A stretch of 64,000 bases of DNA from an uncultured Candidatus Saccharibacteria bacterium (GTDB taxonomy: Bacteria; Patescibacteriota; Saccharimonadia; Saccharimonadales; UBA10212): positions 344,971-408,970 of the forward strand of contig OZ246413.1 in NCBI GenBank assembly GCA_965231085.1, given 5' to 3'. A model generated the notes under the pieces. The model was not told where the DNA came from. It saw only the letters and a list, made by a program, of their open reading frames with translations, and ran no database searches. Below are positions 55,616-64,000 of the stretch, piece after piece. Every line of letters starts with the position of its first letter. Positions within the stretch are counted from its first letter, which is position 1. The position numbers and the translations under genes were made by a program.

Positions 55616-55688
55616 AGCGGCTGAGAGGGCTCGAACCTCCGACCTCCCTCGATCATGAGGGCGCTCTAGCCTACTGAGCTACAGCCGC
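55616..55688 (-). tRNA. tRNA with an abnormal 6-nt anticodon loop (CAU or GAU family; Met/Ile-like body)
   Basis: The body closely resembles tRNA-Ile(GAU) (D arm TAGCTCAGTAGGCTAGAGC; AGGTCGGAGGTTCGAGCCCTCTC). The anticodon region CCCTC-ATGATC-GAGGG is one nt short of the canonical 5-7-5 arrangement. Confidence 0.5.
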
Positions 55689-55740
55689 GGGCAAATCTTG
55701 GTGCATATGCTGCAACTACAATTTCTACCCAGAACTACTA

Positions 55741-55814
55741 AGTCGGTGATGGGGCTCGAACCCACGACCTCCTGCATGGCAAGCAGGCGCTCTAGCCAAC
55801 TGAGCTACACCGAC
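55741..55814 (-). tRNA. tRNA-Gly (anticodon GCC)
   Basis: Acceptor GTCGGTG/CACCGAC, anticodon stem CCTGC/GCAGG with loop TTGCCAT, T loop TTCGAGC. No CCA is encoded. Confidence 0.8.
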
Positions 55815-55865
55815 CGGCAAATCTTTTGGAGCTACTACTAGCTACGACAAATTGTTGCCACTTAA

Positions 55866-56030
55866 TGGGCGTGGGAGGAATCGAACCTCCGACCTCTAGT
55901 TTCTCTATCTGACGTTTCAATTTGATGTCTTGAAACTTCCCCGAGCGTCCCCGGGACTCTCAATCATCTTTACTTTATCAGCAAAACAGAGAAAAACAAC
56001 TAGCACTCTAACCAACTGAGCTACACACCC
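55866..56030 (-). tRNA. tRNA gene interrupted by a roughly 90-nt insertion in the anticodon arm (putative intron or disrupted tRNA); identity undetermined
   Basis: The 5' half GGGTGTGTAGCTCAGTTGGTTAGAGTG-CTAGT and the 3' half ACTAG-AGGTC-GGAGGTTCGATTCCTCC-CACGCCC-A form a canonical acceptor/D/T/anticodon-stem cloverleaf. Between them lie 98 nt that fold into helices of their own (UUCUCUG...UAGAGAA; GUUUCAA-9nt-UUGAAAC; CCCG...CGGG). Confidence 0.55.
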
Positions 56031-56082
56031 TTAAACCAAAAATTATTCTACACCCAAATAGCCTATATCGCAACTATGTTTT

Positions 56083-57063
56083 CTAGTCGCCGTAAAGAGT
56101 TTGGACGGCCTTGTTGCTAGTCTTTTGGTGATTCTCAATATATTCACGGATCATAAGCGCCGCTGTCGCACCTTCGCCAACCGCACTAGCTATCTGCAAG
56201 GTTGCTCCACTGCGCACATCGCCAGCAGCAAAGATCCCTGGAACCTTGGTCATTAGGTGTTGATCGGTCTTAATAAAATTACGCTCATCAAGCTCCACGC
56301 CGCTTCCAGCCAAGAACTTAGTGTTTGGGTCTAGGCCCACAAATACAAACACACCGTCAGTTACAAAATCTACTTTTTTACCGGTAGTCTTATCTGTGCC
56401 GACAACTTTTATCACTTTCTTACCGTCGCCAACAATCTCGTCAGTTGTAGTGTTCATATGTACGGTAATTTTATCAGCATGTTTTTTTAAGTCTTCTTGC
56501 AGTACATCGCTGGCTCGCAAGCTGTCGCCACGAACCAGTATATCTATATGCTTAGCAAATTTGGTTAAGAATATGCCTTCTTGAATTGCCGAATTGCCGC
56601 CACCCACCACCACAATTTTTTTATCTCTATAAAATGCACCATCGCAGGTTGCACAGTAATGTACCCCTCGAGCGTAATATTCTTGCTCGCCGGGCACACC
56701 AATTTTGCGGTACTCGCTACCAGTTGCCACCAGCACGGCTTTAGCCAGATAATCTCCGCTAGTAGTATCAAGCCTGATAAGTTCGCCCTCGCTCTTTACG
56801 CCCATAACTTCACCCAGCTCGATCTTGGCTCCAAAACGTTCAGCTTGCTTACGCATAGCCTCAGCTAGTTCTAAGCCAGCAATCCCTTTTTCAAAGCCCG
56901 GGTAGTTATCTACCCAGTCAGTCACCGCGGCTAGACCGCCAATTGCCGCTTTTTCAAATAATGTAGTATCGATATCCTCCCGGCAAGTATAAATAGACGC
57001 GCTCAGGGCAGCTGGCCCCGCCCCCACAATGACTAGGTCATGAATCTTTTTTTCTTCCGCCAC
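56083..57063 (-). CDS. trxB: Thioredoxin reductase
   Basis: 326 aa with FAD/NADPH GxGxxG motifs and the redox-active CATC. Confidence 0.85.
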   Translation of the reverse strand: MAEEKKIHDLVIVGAGPAALSASIYTCREDIDTTLFEKAAIGGLAAVTDWVDNYPGFEKGIAGLELAEAMRKQAERFGAKIELGEVMGVKSEGELIRLDTTSGDYLAKAVLVATGSEYRKIGVPGEQEYYARGVHYCATCDGAFYRDKKIVVVGGGNSAIQEGIFLTKFAKHIDILVRGDSLRASDVLQEDLKKHADKITVHMNTTTDEIVGDGKKVIKVVGTDKTTGKKVDFVTDGVFVFVGLDPNTKFLAGSGVELDERNFIKTDQHLMTKVPGIFAAGDVRSGATLQIASAVGEGATAALMIREYIENHQKTSNKAVQTLYGD

Positions 57064-57299
57064 AAAAACTCCTCTTCTTTACCACCATTATAAATTACGG
57101 GCTGCGTTTGCACTACACAAGTAACTGTTTTCGTGAGTTTAGTACAAGGCGAAACCGAGCACCGCAACCGTTATTTTAGATAAAGTAATATTTGCTTGAG
57201 TGCAATGCAAGGAACGGCCGAATTTAGAGCGAGTTGTATTTCTTTAATACTACGAGCGATAAATTTTAGGTCGTGACAAAGCAGTGTGCCAAGCAAATA

Positions 57300-57548
57300 T
57301 TACGCTAGTGCTGGGGCGAGTTGCTGTAGGTTATAGCCTACTACCACCTGCTGCGTGTCGTCGGTCTTGGTTATGAGAGTAACTGGAACGGTCATAGCGC
57401 CACTCATCTGAAAAACTTCTGCCTGACGATCAGGGTGTTCTTCAAGATTTACCTCGTCATAAGCCAGACCCTTGCTTTGTAAATAGCGCTTGACCATGGG
57501 GCAGTAGGAGCAAGTGCTAGTCGTAAATACGGTGATGTTTTTAGTCAT
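57300..57548 (-). CDS. Glutaredoxin-like (NrdH/Grx-fold) small redox protein
   Basis: 82 aa thioredoxin fold with a CSYC active site. Confidence 0.6.
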   Translation of the reverse strand: MTKNITVFTTSTCSYCPMVKRYLQSKGLAYDEVNLEEHPDRQAEVFQMSGAMTVPVTLITKTDDTQQVVVGYNLQQLAPALA

Positions 57549-57706
57549 CTTTTCGTTACCCTCTCTAAAAATATTTTTAATGTTTGTTTAATTTTATTAA
57601 ACTAATTTAAGTTTAAACCTGGCCTATACGGGCGTCAACACGCTATATATTGTGTTTTTTACTGGAAATGACACACTAATCTGTTAATCGGTGGATAACT
57701 AGAATT

Positions 57707-58246
57707 TTAGTTAATTGCCAACAGCGTAACATCAAAAACCAAGTCGGAGTTGGGTGGTATGCCGTTAACTCCCTGGCTACCGTAGCCATATTGGGCTGGT
57801 ATAAATAAGCGTCTAAAACCACCAACCTTCATGCCTTGCAAGCCGTCGCTCCAACCCGGAATCACCTGAGACAACCCAAACGTAGCCGGCTGACCAGTAT
57901 CTAGAGAGCTATCAAAAATCGTGCCATCAGAAGCAAGAGCTCCAACATATTGCACCGTTACCGTCGAGCTCGCTGTAACAGCAGCTCCGGTACCAACTTT
58001 AAAGTCATTGCACTTTACATATGTAAACTTCTGGGGGGCTTTAAAATCAGCTAGTTTTGCCCCTTTTACGCTACCGTTAGCTGGTTGCTGGTTAGGAATA
58101 TTGCCTGTCTTGCTACATGCTATAACGTCTGTGCTATTAGTCTTGTGTGTATTGACCCAAAATGCATAAATACCAACCCCAACACTGGTCAAAACAAAGA
58201 GAATCACTAAGGTTAGCCACACCGCCCGGTGCATTTTCTCGCTCAC
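57707..58246 (-). CDS. Membrane-anchored FKBP-type peptidyl-prolyl cis-trans isomerase
   Basis: 179 aa with an N-terminal TM and an FKBP domain (VTVQYVGALASDGTIFDSS...FGLSQVIPGWSDGLQGMKVGGFRRLFIPAQYGYG). Confidence 0.75.
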   Translation of the reverse strand: MSEKMHRAVWLTLVILFVLTSVGVGIYAFWVNTHKTNSTDVIACSKTGNIPNQQPANGSVKGAKLADFKAPQKFTYVKCNDFKVGTGAAVTASSTVTVQYVGALASDGTIFDSSLDTGQPATFGLSQVIPGWSDGLQGMKVGGFRRLFIPAQYGYGSQGVNGIPPNSDLVFDVTLLAIN

Positions 58247-58250
58247 TTTA

Positions 58251-60761
58251 TTAAATCCTTTCAGCTTTAAGTTTTAGTTTAGCTTGAGCCGCAACGTCAT
58301 CCAGGAGCTTATTAGTCTCTGTAGTTGTTAGAGTCCTGCTTGGGTGCGCTAGGCTAATACGCCAGGTCGTCTGCTTGTCTTTACCGCCGGCCTCTTTTTG
58401 ATAAATATCAACCGCTGACAACGTATATTGATAGCCGTGATTTTTACTAAGGCTAGCTATGGTCTTAGCTACGAACGCACTCAGTTCACCGTAGCTTACA
58501 CTAGCTTCTGTTTTAAGGCATAAGTCCTGCTCTGTACTCGGGAAACGGTTTAAAGATTTATAGATTATTGGTCGGCTTAGGGCTTCCAGTTGTGCTAGAT
58601 CAACCTCAAACATTGCAGTTGCGGCTGGGAGTTTGAGCCTTGTGACTAAAGCTTGGTTTGGCTCACCCAACACGCCAATTATTTGGCCACCGGCACTTAC
58701 ATATGAGCTCCTGTTTGTTTCATAAAAGCTTACAGAATGACGCTGACTTTTTTGTGATCCAACTGGCATAAATTCTAGATCAAAAATATTTAACCTCGAT
58801 AGTAAAAACTCCAGATAGTGTTTGGCCCAATAGTACGGAGCGCCGGCAATTTTGTTCTTTGTGATTACAAACGCTAAGTTGCTTAGCTCCTGTGGAAGCT
58901 GTTCCTTGTCTACGATATTTCTATTATGTACTGCTCCCATCTCAAAAATGCCAAATTCTTTGTAGCCTTGTTTTATGTTAGCGTGAACCTTCTCTAGCAA
59001 ACTGGGAACTACTGACATCCTATAATATTGGACCTCTGGGCTTAGGGCATTTTTTATGTGATATGTATTTCTGGCGCTTTGGCCGCTAGCTTCAAGTAGC
59101 GCACCCGGGATAAAGCTGTAGGTCAGAACTTCGTTAGCTCCAGCCGAAGCCAAAATATTTCTAATCTTTGTTTTTATTTCAAGATTTGGGTTGGCTGGAG
59201 CCGGATCAATTGCTTTAACTGGTAAAGCCAAAGGCAGTTGGCTGTATCCATATAGTCGCCCGACTTCTTCAACAATGTCTTCTACAATCTCGATATCAGT
59301 TCTCCAAAAAGGAGCTTCAACCATTAGGCCCCTACTGCTCTCGCTAAGCGTGAACTCGACATTCTTCAATAAATGTTTGATAGCTGGCAGCGTTAGACCA
59401 GGTAGACCGAGAAGACCACCAACAACCTTAGCATCGCTAATTAAGACTTGCTTGGGGTCAAATTTACGAGCTTTAAGGTCTATGGTTTTGCCTGCAACCT
59501 GACCGCCTGCATATTTTTTAATCTCGCCGACGGCGTAAGCCAAAACGGCCATGTTCTGACGAGGTGATTGCCCCTTGGTGAACCTGGTTGAGGCGTCCGT
59601 AAATAAACCATAGGTCATAGATGTTTTGCGGATCAGATTCATATCAAAATTACCGCACTCAATAATAATGTTCTTTGTACTGTCATCGACTTCCGTCTCC
59701 GCACCGCCCATAATACCGGCTAGGCCGATGGGTTTAGTGCCATCGGTTATCACAATGGCCCCATCTTCAAGTTTTAGTTTCTTGCCACCCAACAATGTTA
59801 GTTCCTCGCCTTTTTTGCTAAGTCGGACGGCTATTTCAGCTGACTCTTTACTGCCCTTTACTTTATCGTAATCATAGGCATGAATTGGCTGGCCAGTTAA
59901 ATGCATGACAAAATTAGTGACATCAACAATATTGTTAATCGGTTTAATGCCAACTCGCGCTAGCGCCGATTGCATAAAGTAAGGGCTGGCTTTTACTTGT
60001 ACGCCCGCCACTGCACTTAGGCAAAATCTGGGCACTTGTTTATCGGACCAGTTTTTTACAAGCAGCGGCAAGGGTTTGGTTTCGGATTCAATTTGAGCAA
60101 ACTCGTCGTACCAATCAGGGCTTTTAAAACTAAGGTGATTAATCCCCGCCAGTTCACGAGCCAAACCTAATATTCCAAAGCAGTCTGGACGATGTGTGAA
60201 CATCTTGTTTTCTATATCTACGATTGTGTCGTCCAAACCGTAGAGGTTCTTAAAAGGGGTACCGCGTTTAATATTTTTATCACCAACCTCGGCTGGATCA
60301 ATAACTAAAATACCGCTGTGATCATTGCTTATTCCAAGCTCTGAAGCACTGGCCAACATTCCATTGCTCAGCACCCCTCTTAGCTCTCTGGCGTCTAGTA
60401 CCAGCGGGTCTTTATCAAAAGTAGTTGGCACGGTCGCGCCCGGCGGTATCCAGGCGACCAATTGCCCGGCAGCTACATTGGGTGCGCCGCAAACCACTTG
60501 GACTAAACCATTCTTATCACGTTTAACTTTTTCAACCACACCACCGTCATCAATCAGACAAATACTTAATTTATCAGCGTTTTCGTGTTTTTCGCAGGAT
60601 ATCACTTTAGCAACTACGATACCGTCAAATTTTTGCCCCCACTCGACAACCTCATCAATTCCACCAAGCTGTTCACCAATTTTACTTAACAGTGTTTGTT
60701 TATCTATGTTTTTAATATCAACATTGGAATAATACTGCGCCCAATTAAGACTTAACTTCAT
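58251..60761 (-). CDS. pheT: Phenylalanyl-tRNA synthetase beta subunit
   Basis: 836 aa with tRNA-binding, B3/B4, B5 and FDX-ACB domains. Its start overlaps the pheS stop. Confidence 0.9.
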   Translation of the reverse strand: MKLSLNWAQYYSNVDIKNIDKQTLLSKIGEQLGGIDEVVEWGQKFDGIVVAKVISCEKHENADKLSICLIDDGGVVEKVKRDKNGLVQVVCGAPNVAAGQLVAWIPPGATVPTTFDKDPLVLDARELRGVLSNGMLASASELGISNDHSGILVIDPAEVGDKNIKRGTPFKNLYGLDDTIVDIENKMFTHRPDCFGILGLARELAGINHLSFKSPDWYDEFAQIESETKPLPLLVKNWSDKQVPRFCLSAVAGVQVKASPYFMQSALARVGIKPINNIVDVTNFVMHLTGQPIHAYDYDKVKGSKESAEIAVRLSKKGEELTLLGGKKLKLEDGAIVITDGTKPIGLAGIMGGAETEVDDSTKNIIIECGNFDMNLIRKTSMTYGLFTDASTRFTKGQSPRQNMAVLAYAVGEIKKYAGGQVAGKTIDLKARKFDPKQVLISDAKVVGGLLGLPGLTLPAIKHLLKNVEFTLSESSRGLMVEAPFWRTDIEIVEDIVEEVGRLYGYSQLPLALPVKAIDPAPANPNLEIKTKIRNILASAGANEVLTYSFIPGALLEASGQSARNTYHIKNALSPEVQYYRMSVVPSLLEKVHANIKQGYKEFGIFEMGAVHNRNIVDKEQLPQELSNLAFVITKNKIAGAPYYWAKHYLEFLLSRLNIFDLEFMPVGSQKSQRHSVSFYETNRSSYVSAGGQIIGVLGEPNQALVTRLKLPAATAMFEVDLAQLEALSRPIIYKSLNRFPSTEQDLCLKTEASVSYGELSAFVAKTIASLSKNHGYQYTLSAVDIYQKEAGGKDKQTTWRISLAHPSRTLTTTETNKLLDDVAAQAKLKLKAERI

Positions 60762-61792
60762 GAAAATTGCCTCAAGAATTTAAGATTACCTGATTCAAAA
60801 TGGCGAATATCTTCAATTCCATACTTAAGCATTACTAGTCTCTCGATCCCAAAACCCCACGCAAAGCCCGAGAATTCTTCGCTGCTAATCCCCGCTTCTT
60901 TTAGAACGTTGGGGTGGATCATGCCGCACCCACCTAACTCAATCCAGCCAGTGTAACTACAGACATTACAGCCCTTTTCGTCACAAAATGGGCAACTTGC
61001 AGCAAATTCGAAACTGGGTTCAGTAAAAGGAAAATAAAATGGTTGGATCTTAATTTTTACATCTTTACCAAAGTAGTTAGATAGCCAGGTTTTAATTGTG
61101 GCAGCTAGCATTCCGGTATGTACGTTTCTGTCTACATACACCCCCTCTATTTGATAAAAAGTATGCTCATGTCGAGCATCGAGATCCTCGTTGCGAAAGA
61201 CTCTGCCGGGTATAACTGCAGCTATCGGCTTACCGGATTTTAGGTTAGCCTTATTCTCTTTCAGAACCCGGTTTTGCATAGTACTAGTATGAGCTGGGGC
61301 AACTAAGCCCTCGTCCGTTACAAAAGTGTCATATTCGTCCCTGGCTGGATGGTCTAGTGGAAAGTTTAAGCTAGTAAACATATGGTAATCGTCGTCTATC
61401 TCGCGAGACTCATAGGCCATAAAACCCATTTTGGCGAAAATATCGACGACCATTTCAAGCTCAGTCATCAGAGGGTGCTTGCTGCCAGCGTCCGCATCAA
61501 ACAAGTTTGGTCTGTCCGTTTCTTTTACGTTGATATCAAACGGAGCTGTTATGTCTATTGGGGTTATCTCTATTTTAGATTCCTGGCTTGCTAGAGCCTC
61601 TAAATCTTGTTTTAACTTATTGACTTCCTTACCAAACTCAGCTCGCTGGGCCCCTGCCGGTAAGGTTTTGATGTGATCGTACAAAGCAGCAAGCTCTGGT
61701 GAGCGCAAAACAGATCTTCTGTCCTCTAGCGAGTCAACCTTGGCTAGAAGTTTTTTGGCAATCGCCGCCACTTGTTCGTTTTTATAATCCAT
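60758..61792 (-). CDS. pheS: Phenylalanyl-tRNA synthetase alpha subunit
   Basis: 344 aa class II core (FRNEDLDARHEHTFYQIEG, GWIELGGCGMIHPNVL). Confidence 0.9.
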   Translation of the reverse strand: MDYKNEQVAAIAKKLLAKVDSLEDRRSVLRSPELAALYDHIKTLPAGAQRAEFGKEVNKLKQDLEALASQESKIEITPIDITAPFDINVKETDRPNLFDADAGSKHPLMTELEMVVDIFAKMGFMAYESREIDDDYHMFTSLNFPLDHPARDEYDTFVTDEGLVAPAHTSTMQNRVLKENKANLKSGKPIAAVIPGRVFRNEDLDARHEHTFYQIEGVYVDRNVHTGMLAATIKTWLSNYFGKDVKIKIQPFYFPFTEPSFEFAASCPFCDEKGCNVCSYTGWIELGGCGMIHPNVLKEAGISSEEFSGFAWGFGIERLVMLKYGIEDIRHFESGNLKFLRQFS

Positions 61793-61842
61793 AGGTTATA
61801 AGTAATTATACCAATCTTTAGCATCTGTTTACTATCTTATAG

Positions 61843-63174
61843 TTGCTATACTTAAGCGTGATGAACACTGACGTTTTAGACCAAGCAAAACAGGTACTTA
61901 TAGATAACGACCACGGCAGCTTCACTGTGCCCGCCGGTGACCTATACCCCCACCAATGGCTTTGGGACAGCTGCTTTATTGCTATTGGTTTGCGTAATCT
62001 CAACGTTGAGAGAGCCATGACCGAGCTTGAAAGTCTTGTTAGCGGTCAGTGGGCTAATGGCATGATTCCGCACATCATTTTTTCTGACGATAGGCGCCAC
62101 CGCCGCGAACACAATTTGTGGCAAAGTTGGTTGAGCCCCCATGCTCCAAATGGGACTATCACAAGTGGCCTAACTCAGCCGCCAATGCTAGCCGAAGCTG
62201 TAGTAAGAGTTGGCGAAAAACTTAGTAGAGCCGACAGAAAAGCTTGGTATAAAAAAATGTACCCTTATTTGGTTAAGCACCACGTTTGGCTTTATAAAGA
62301 ACGGGATGTTTTTGGCGAGGGACTAATAACCTTAATTCACCCCTATGAATCAGGGCAAGATAATTCCCCACCCTGGGCGAAAGAAATGCAAACTAATGCT
62401 TGGCCGCTCTGGCTAAAGGCTGTAGGCCGGTTAAAGGGCGAGGTTGTTGCTGATTTATTCCGCCGCGATACAAAGCATGTACTACCTGGTCAGCGGATAT
62501 CTAACCTTGAAGCAATTGCCGACTGGGCGCTTCTGCGTAATTTAAGGGCCAAAGCATATGATAGTAAGCAAATTTTGACGAAGCCCAAAATTGCTGTCGA
62601 AGATTTGACCTTTAACTGCATTTTTATTCGAGCCAACAATCATCTGAGAACAATAGCTACTTATATTGGAGAATCTATTCCTGGTGAAGTAATAGCTAAG
62701 ATGAAGAAGTCAGAAGAGGCGCTAGAACTACTATGGGATGAGAATACGGGAGAATATTTTAGCTGCAGTCTAATCAACCATGATTTAATACGGGAACCCT
62801 CGATTGCGACTCTTTTACCCCTGTATGCAGGCTGCATCAGTAAAAAAAGAGCCGAACATTTAGTTGGTTTTTTGAAAAAGCGCAGCCAGTTTAAGGCCAG
62901 CTATCCCGTGCCAAGCGTACCTTTAAGCTCGACTAGCTTTAACGACCTCAAATATTGGCAAGGGCCCACTTGGATCAACATGAACTGGCTCATTATAGAT
63001 GGCCTGGAGAACTATGGTTTCAGTAACGAAGCTGAGAAACTAAAAGATCAGACTATTAAGCTGGTTGATAAAAGTGGCCTAAGCGAATATTTTAGCCCGA
63101 TTAGTGGCGAACCAGCCGGAGCCGAACACTTCAGCTGGACCGCCGCCTTAGTTGTTGATCTTATAGAGAATTAA
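61843..63174 (+). CDS. (alpha/alpha)6-barrel glycoside hydrolase, GH63/GDE_C-like (putative glucosyl-/mannosylglycerate hydrolase or amylo-alpha-1,6-glucosidase)
   Basis: 443 aa with LWDSCFIAIGL, YWQGPTWINMNWLIIDGL and HFSWTAALV blocks typical of GH63/GH37/GDE C-terminal catalytic barrels. Confidence 0.55.
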   Translation: MLYLSVMNTDVLDQAKQVLIDNDHGSFTVPAGDLYPHQWLWDSCFIAIGLRNLNVERAMTELESLVSGQWANGMIPHIIFSDDRRHRREHNLWQSWLSPHAPNGTITSGLTQPPMLAEAVVRVGEKLSRADRKAWYKKMYPYLVKHHVWLYKERDVFGEGLITLIHPYESGQDNSPPWAKEMQTNAWPLWLKAVGRLKGEVVADLFRRDTKHVLPGQRISNLEAIADWALLRNLRAKAYDSKQILTKPKIAVEDLTFNCIFIRANNHLRTIATYIGESIPGEVIAKMKKSEEALELLWDENTGEYFSCSLINHDLIREPSIATLLPLYAGCISKKRAEHLVGFLKKRSQFKASYPVPSVPLSSTSFNDLKYWQGPTWINMNWLIIDGLENYGFSNEAEKLKDQTIKLVDKSGLSEYFSPISGEPAGAEHFSWTAALVVDLIEN

Positions 63175-64000
63175 TCATCGTCAAGAGTTGGCTTATCGAG
63201 CGCCAGTGTATCTATAACCGCTTCTGTGCCGGCTATTTTGACTACGTCTTTATCAATTTTGCCCAGTTCCTTATAGGTAGCGTTGTAGTGGCCAACGGTC
63301 GTACCCAAACTATTGCCTAGTTTTTGCATGTAGGCATTGTGGGAAATTAGATGTTTGCCCAGCTGCTCTACATTTTTTCTAATGCTTTCGGTGTCGCGCT
63401 GAATATCAATTGAGCGCAGCCCCTGAACGATAATTTGCAGCATGGCTGCTAAGGTGCTAGGTCCAACAATCGTAACTTTTTTCTCGGCAGCGGCGTACTG
63501 CATCAAGTTTCGCCCACTCACGCCAGCCAAGCCAACCTTGTTGGCTAATAAATCGTAATAAATACCCTCGCTAGGTATAAACATAAAAGCCTGGTCGAGC
63601 GTACCCTTGCTTGGCTTTATGTATTTGGCTGTTTCATCAATGCGTTTTTTAAGGTCTTCTTTAAAAGCTTTTTCTAGAGCAGGACGGTCTTCGGCCTTTG
63701 CCTCAACCAAACGGTTATAATTTTCCAGGCTAAACTTGCTGTCTATTGGCAGCAGTTTGCCTTCCAGCATAATAACCGCATCAACCACCATGCCTTCGCC
63801 CAACTTGTGCTGCAACTTAAACGACTCAGGCGGTAATATGTTTTTTAAAATCTGTTCTAAATAGTATTCGCCCAGCACGCCGCGCTGCTTTGGGTTCTGT
63901 AAAACATTCTGCAAGCTCTTAAGTTCGCTAGCTATGTCGCCAACGTTTTTATTGGTTCTATCCAGTTCAGTTAGTTTTTGGGTAACATTTTCGATAATTT
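63171..64000 (-). CDS. rmuC: DNA recombination protein RmuC (C-terminal two thirds; N-terminus beyond window end)
   Basis: The reading frame stays open to the window edge, with RmuC-like coiled-coil and nuclease-like C-terminal blocks (FMFIPSEGIYYDL). Confidence 0.65.
   Translation of the reverse strand, partial: IIENVTQKLTELDRTNKNVGDIASELKSLQNVLQNPKQRGVLGEYYLEQILKNILPPESFKLQHKLGEGMVVDAVIMLEGKLLPIDSKFSLENYNRLVEAKAEDRPALEKAFKEDLKKRIDETAKYIKPSKGTLDQAFMFIPSEGIYYDLLANKVGLAGVSGRNLMQYAAAEKKVTIVGPSTLAAMLQIIVQGLRSIDIQRDTESIRKNVEQLGKHLISHNAYMQKLGNSLGTTVGHYNATYKELGKIDKDVVKIAGTEAVIDTLALDKPTLDDD

Noticed and set aside
55901-55999. Group I intron in the split tRNA
   Set aside because: The insert (about 90 nt) is far below the size of known group I introns and shows no recognisable P3-P7 core. 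It is reported as an unexplained insertion instead.
1-64000. CRISPR arrays, rRNA genes and transposases
   Set aside because: No regularly spaced direct repeats, no rRNA-like conserved blocks and no transposase-like ORFs were seen on reading both strands.

Overview
The window is a low-GC (about 40%), gene-dense bacterial chromosome segment dominated by housekeeping genes, with no CRISPR array, rRNA or transposase seen. Encoded functions include an rpoB N-terminus, clpP, tig, hisS, recG, murT-gatD (lipid II amidation), tyrS, a class A PBP, radA, clpC, nusA, pepF, rnhB, rplS, pilB, dnaE, galU, gatCAB, uvrB, fba, a split transketolase, rpe, rpiB, gap, ppa, trxB and pheST. This gene set (GatD/MurT Gram-positive wall chemistry, PilB, split Tkt, very compact operons, little biosynthesis) fits a reduced-genome epibiont such as Saccharibacteria/CPR; that is an inference, not shown directly. 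Five things stand out. (1) A roughly 3 kb GC-anomalous island (about 6050-9100, sampled stretches about 58-66% GC) lies next to tRNA-Leu. It carries a pyrF-pyrE operon (OMP decarboxylase and orotate phosphoribosyltransferase) and three small hypothetical proteins, two of them Cys-rich zinc-ribbon-like. No integrase or att repeats were seen. (2) A second, minimal high-GC cassette (about 12690-13170) encodes one secreted Cys-containing protein. It is driven by a near-consensus sigma70 promoter that sits in native low-GC DNA. (3) An 806-aa protein fuses an SF2 DEAH helicase to an unmistakable sigma-70 region 4 domain. (4) A four-tRNA operon holds one tRNA split by a roughly 90-nt insertion in the anticodon arm, plus another with an abnormal 6-nt anticodon loop. 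(5) A GC-rich, roughly 250-nt structured small RNA with its own consensus promoter and terminator lies between pfkB and fba; I could not match it to RNase P, tmRNA or SRP. Smaller observations: a TyrRS whose HIGH motif reads TVGN, an extra membrane-protein gene inside gatCAB, an HExxH membrane protein between clpC and radA, a terminator-like hairpin in the nusA leader, and a repeated hairpin element.
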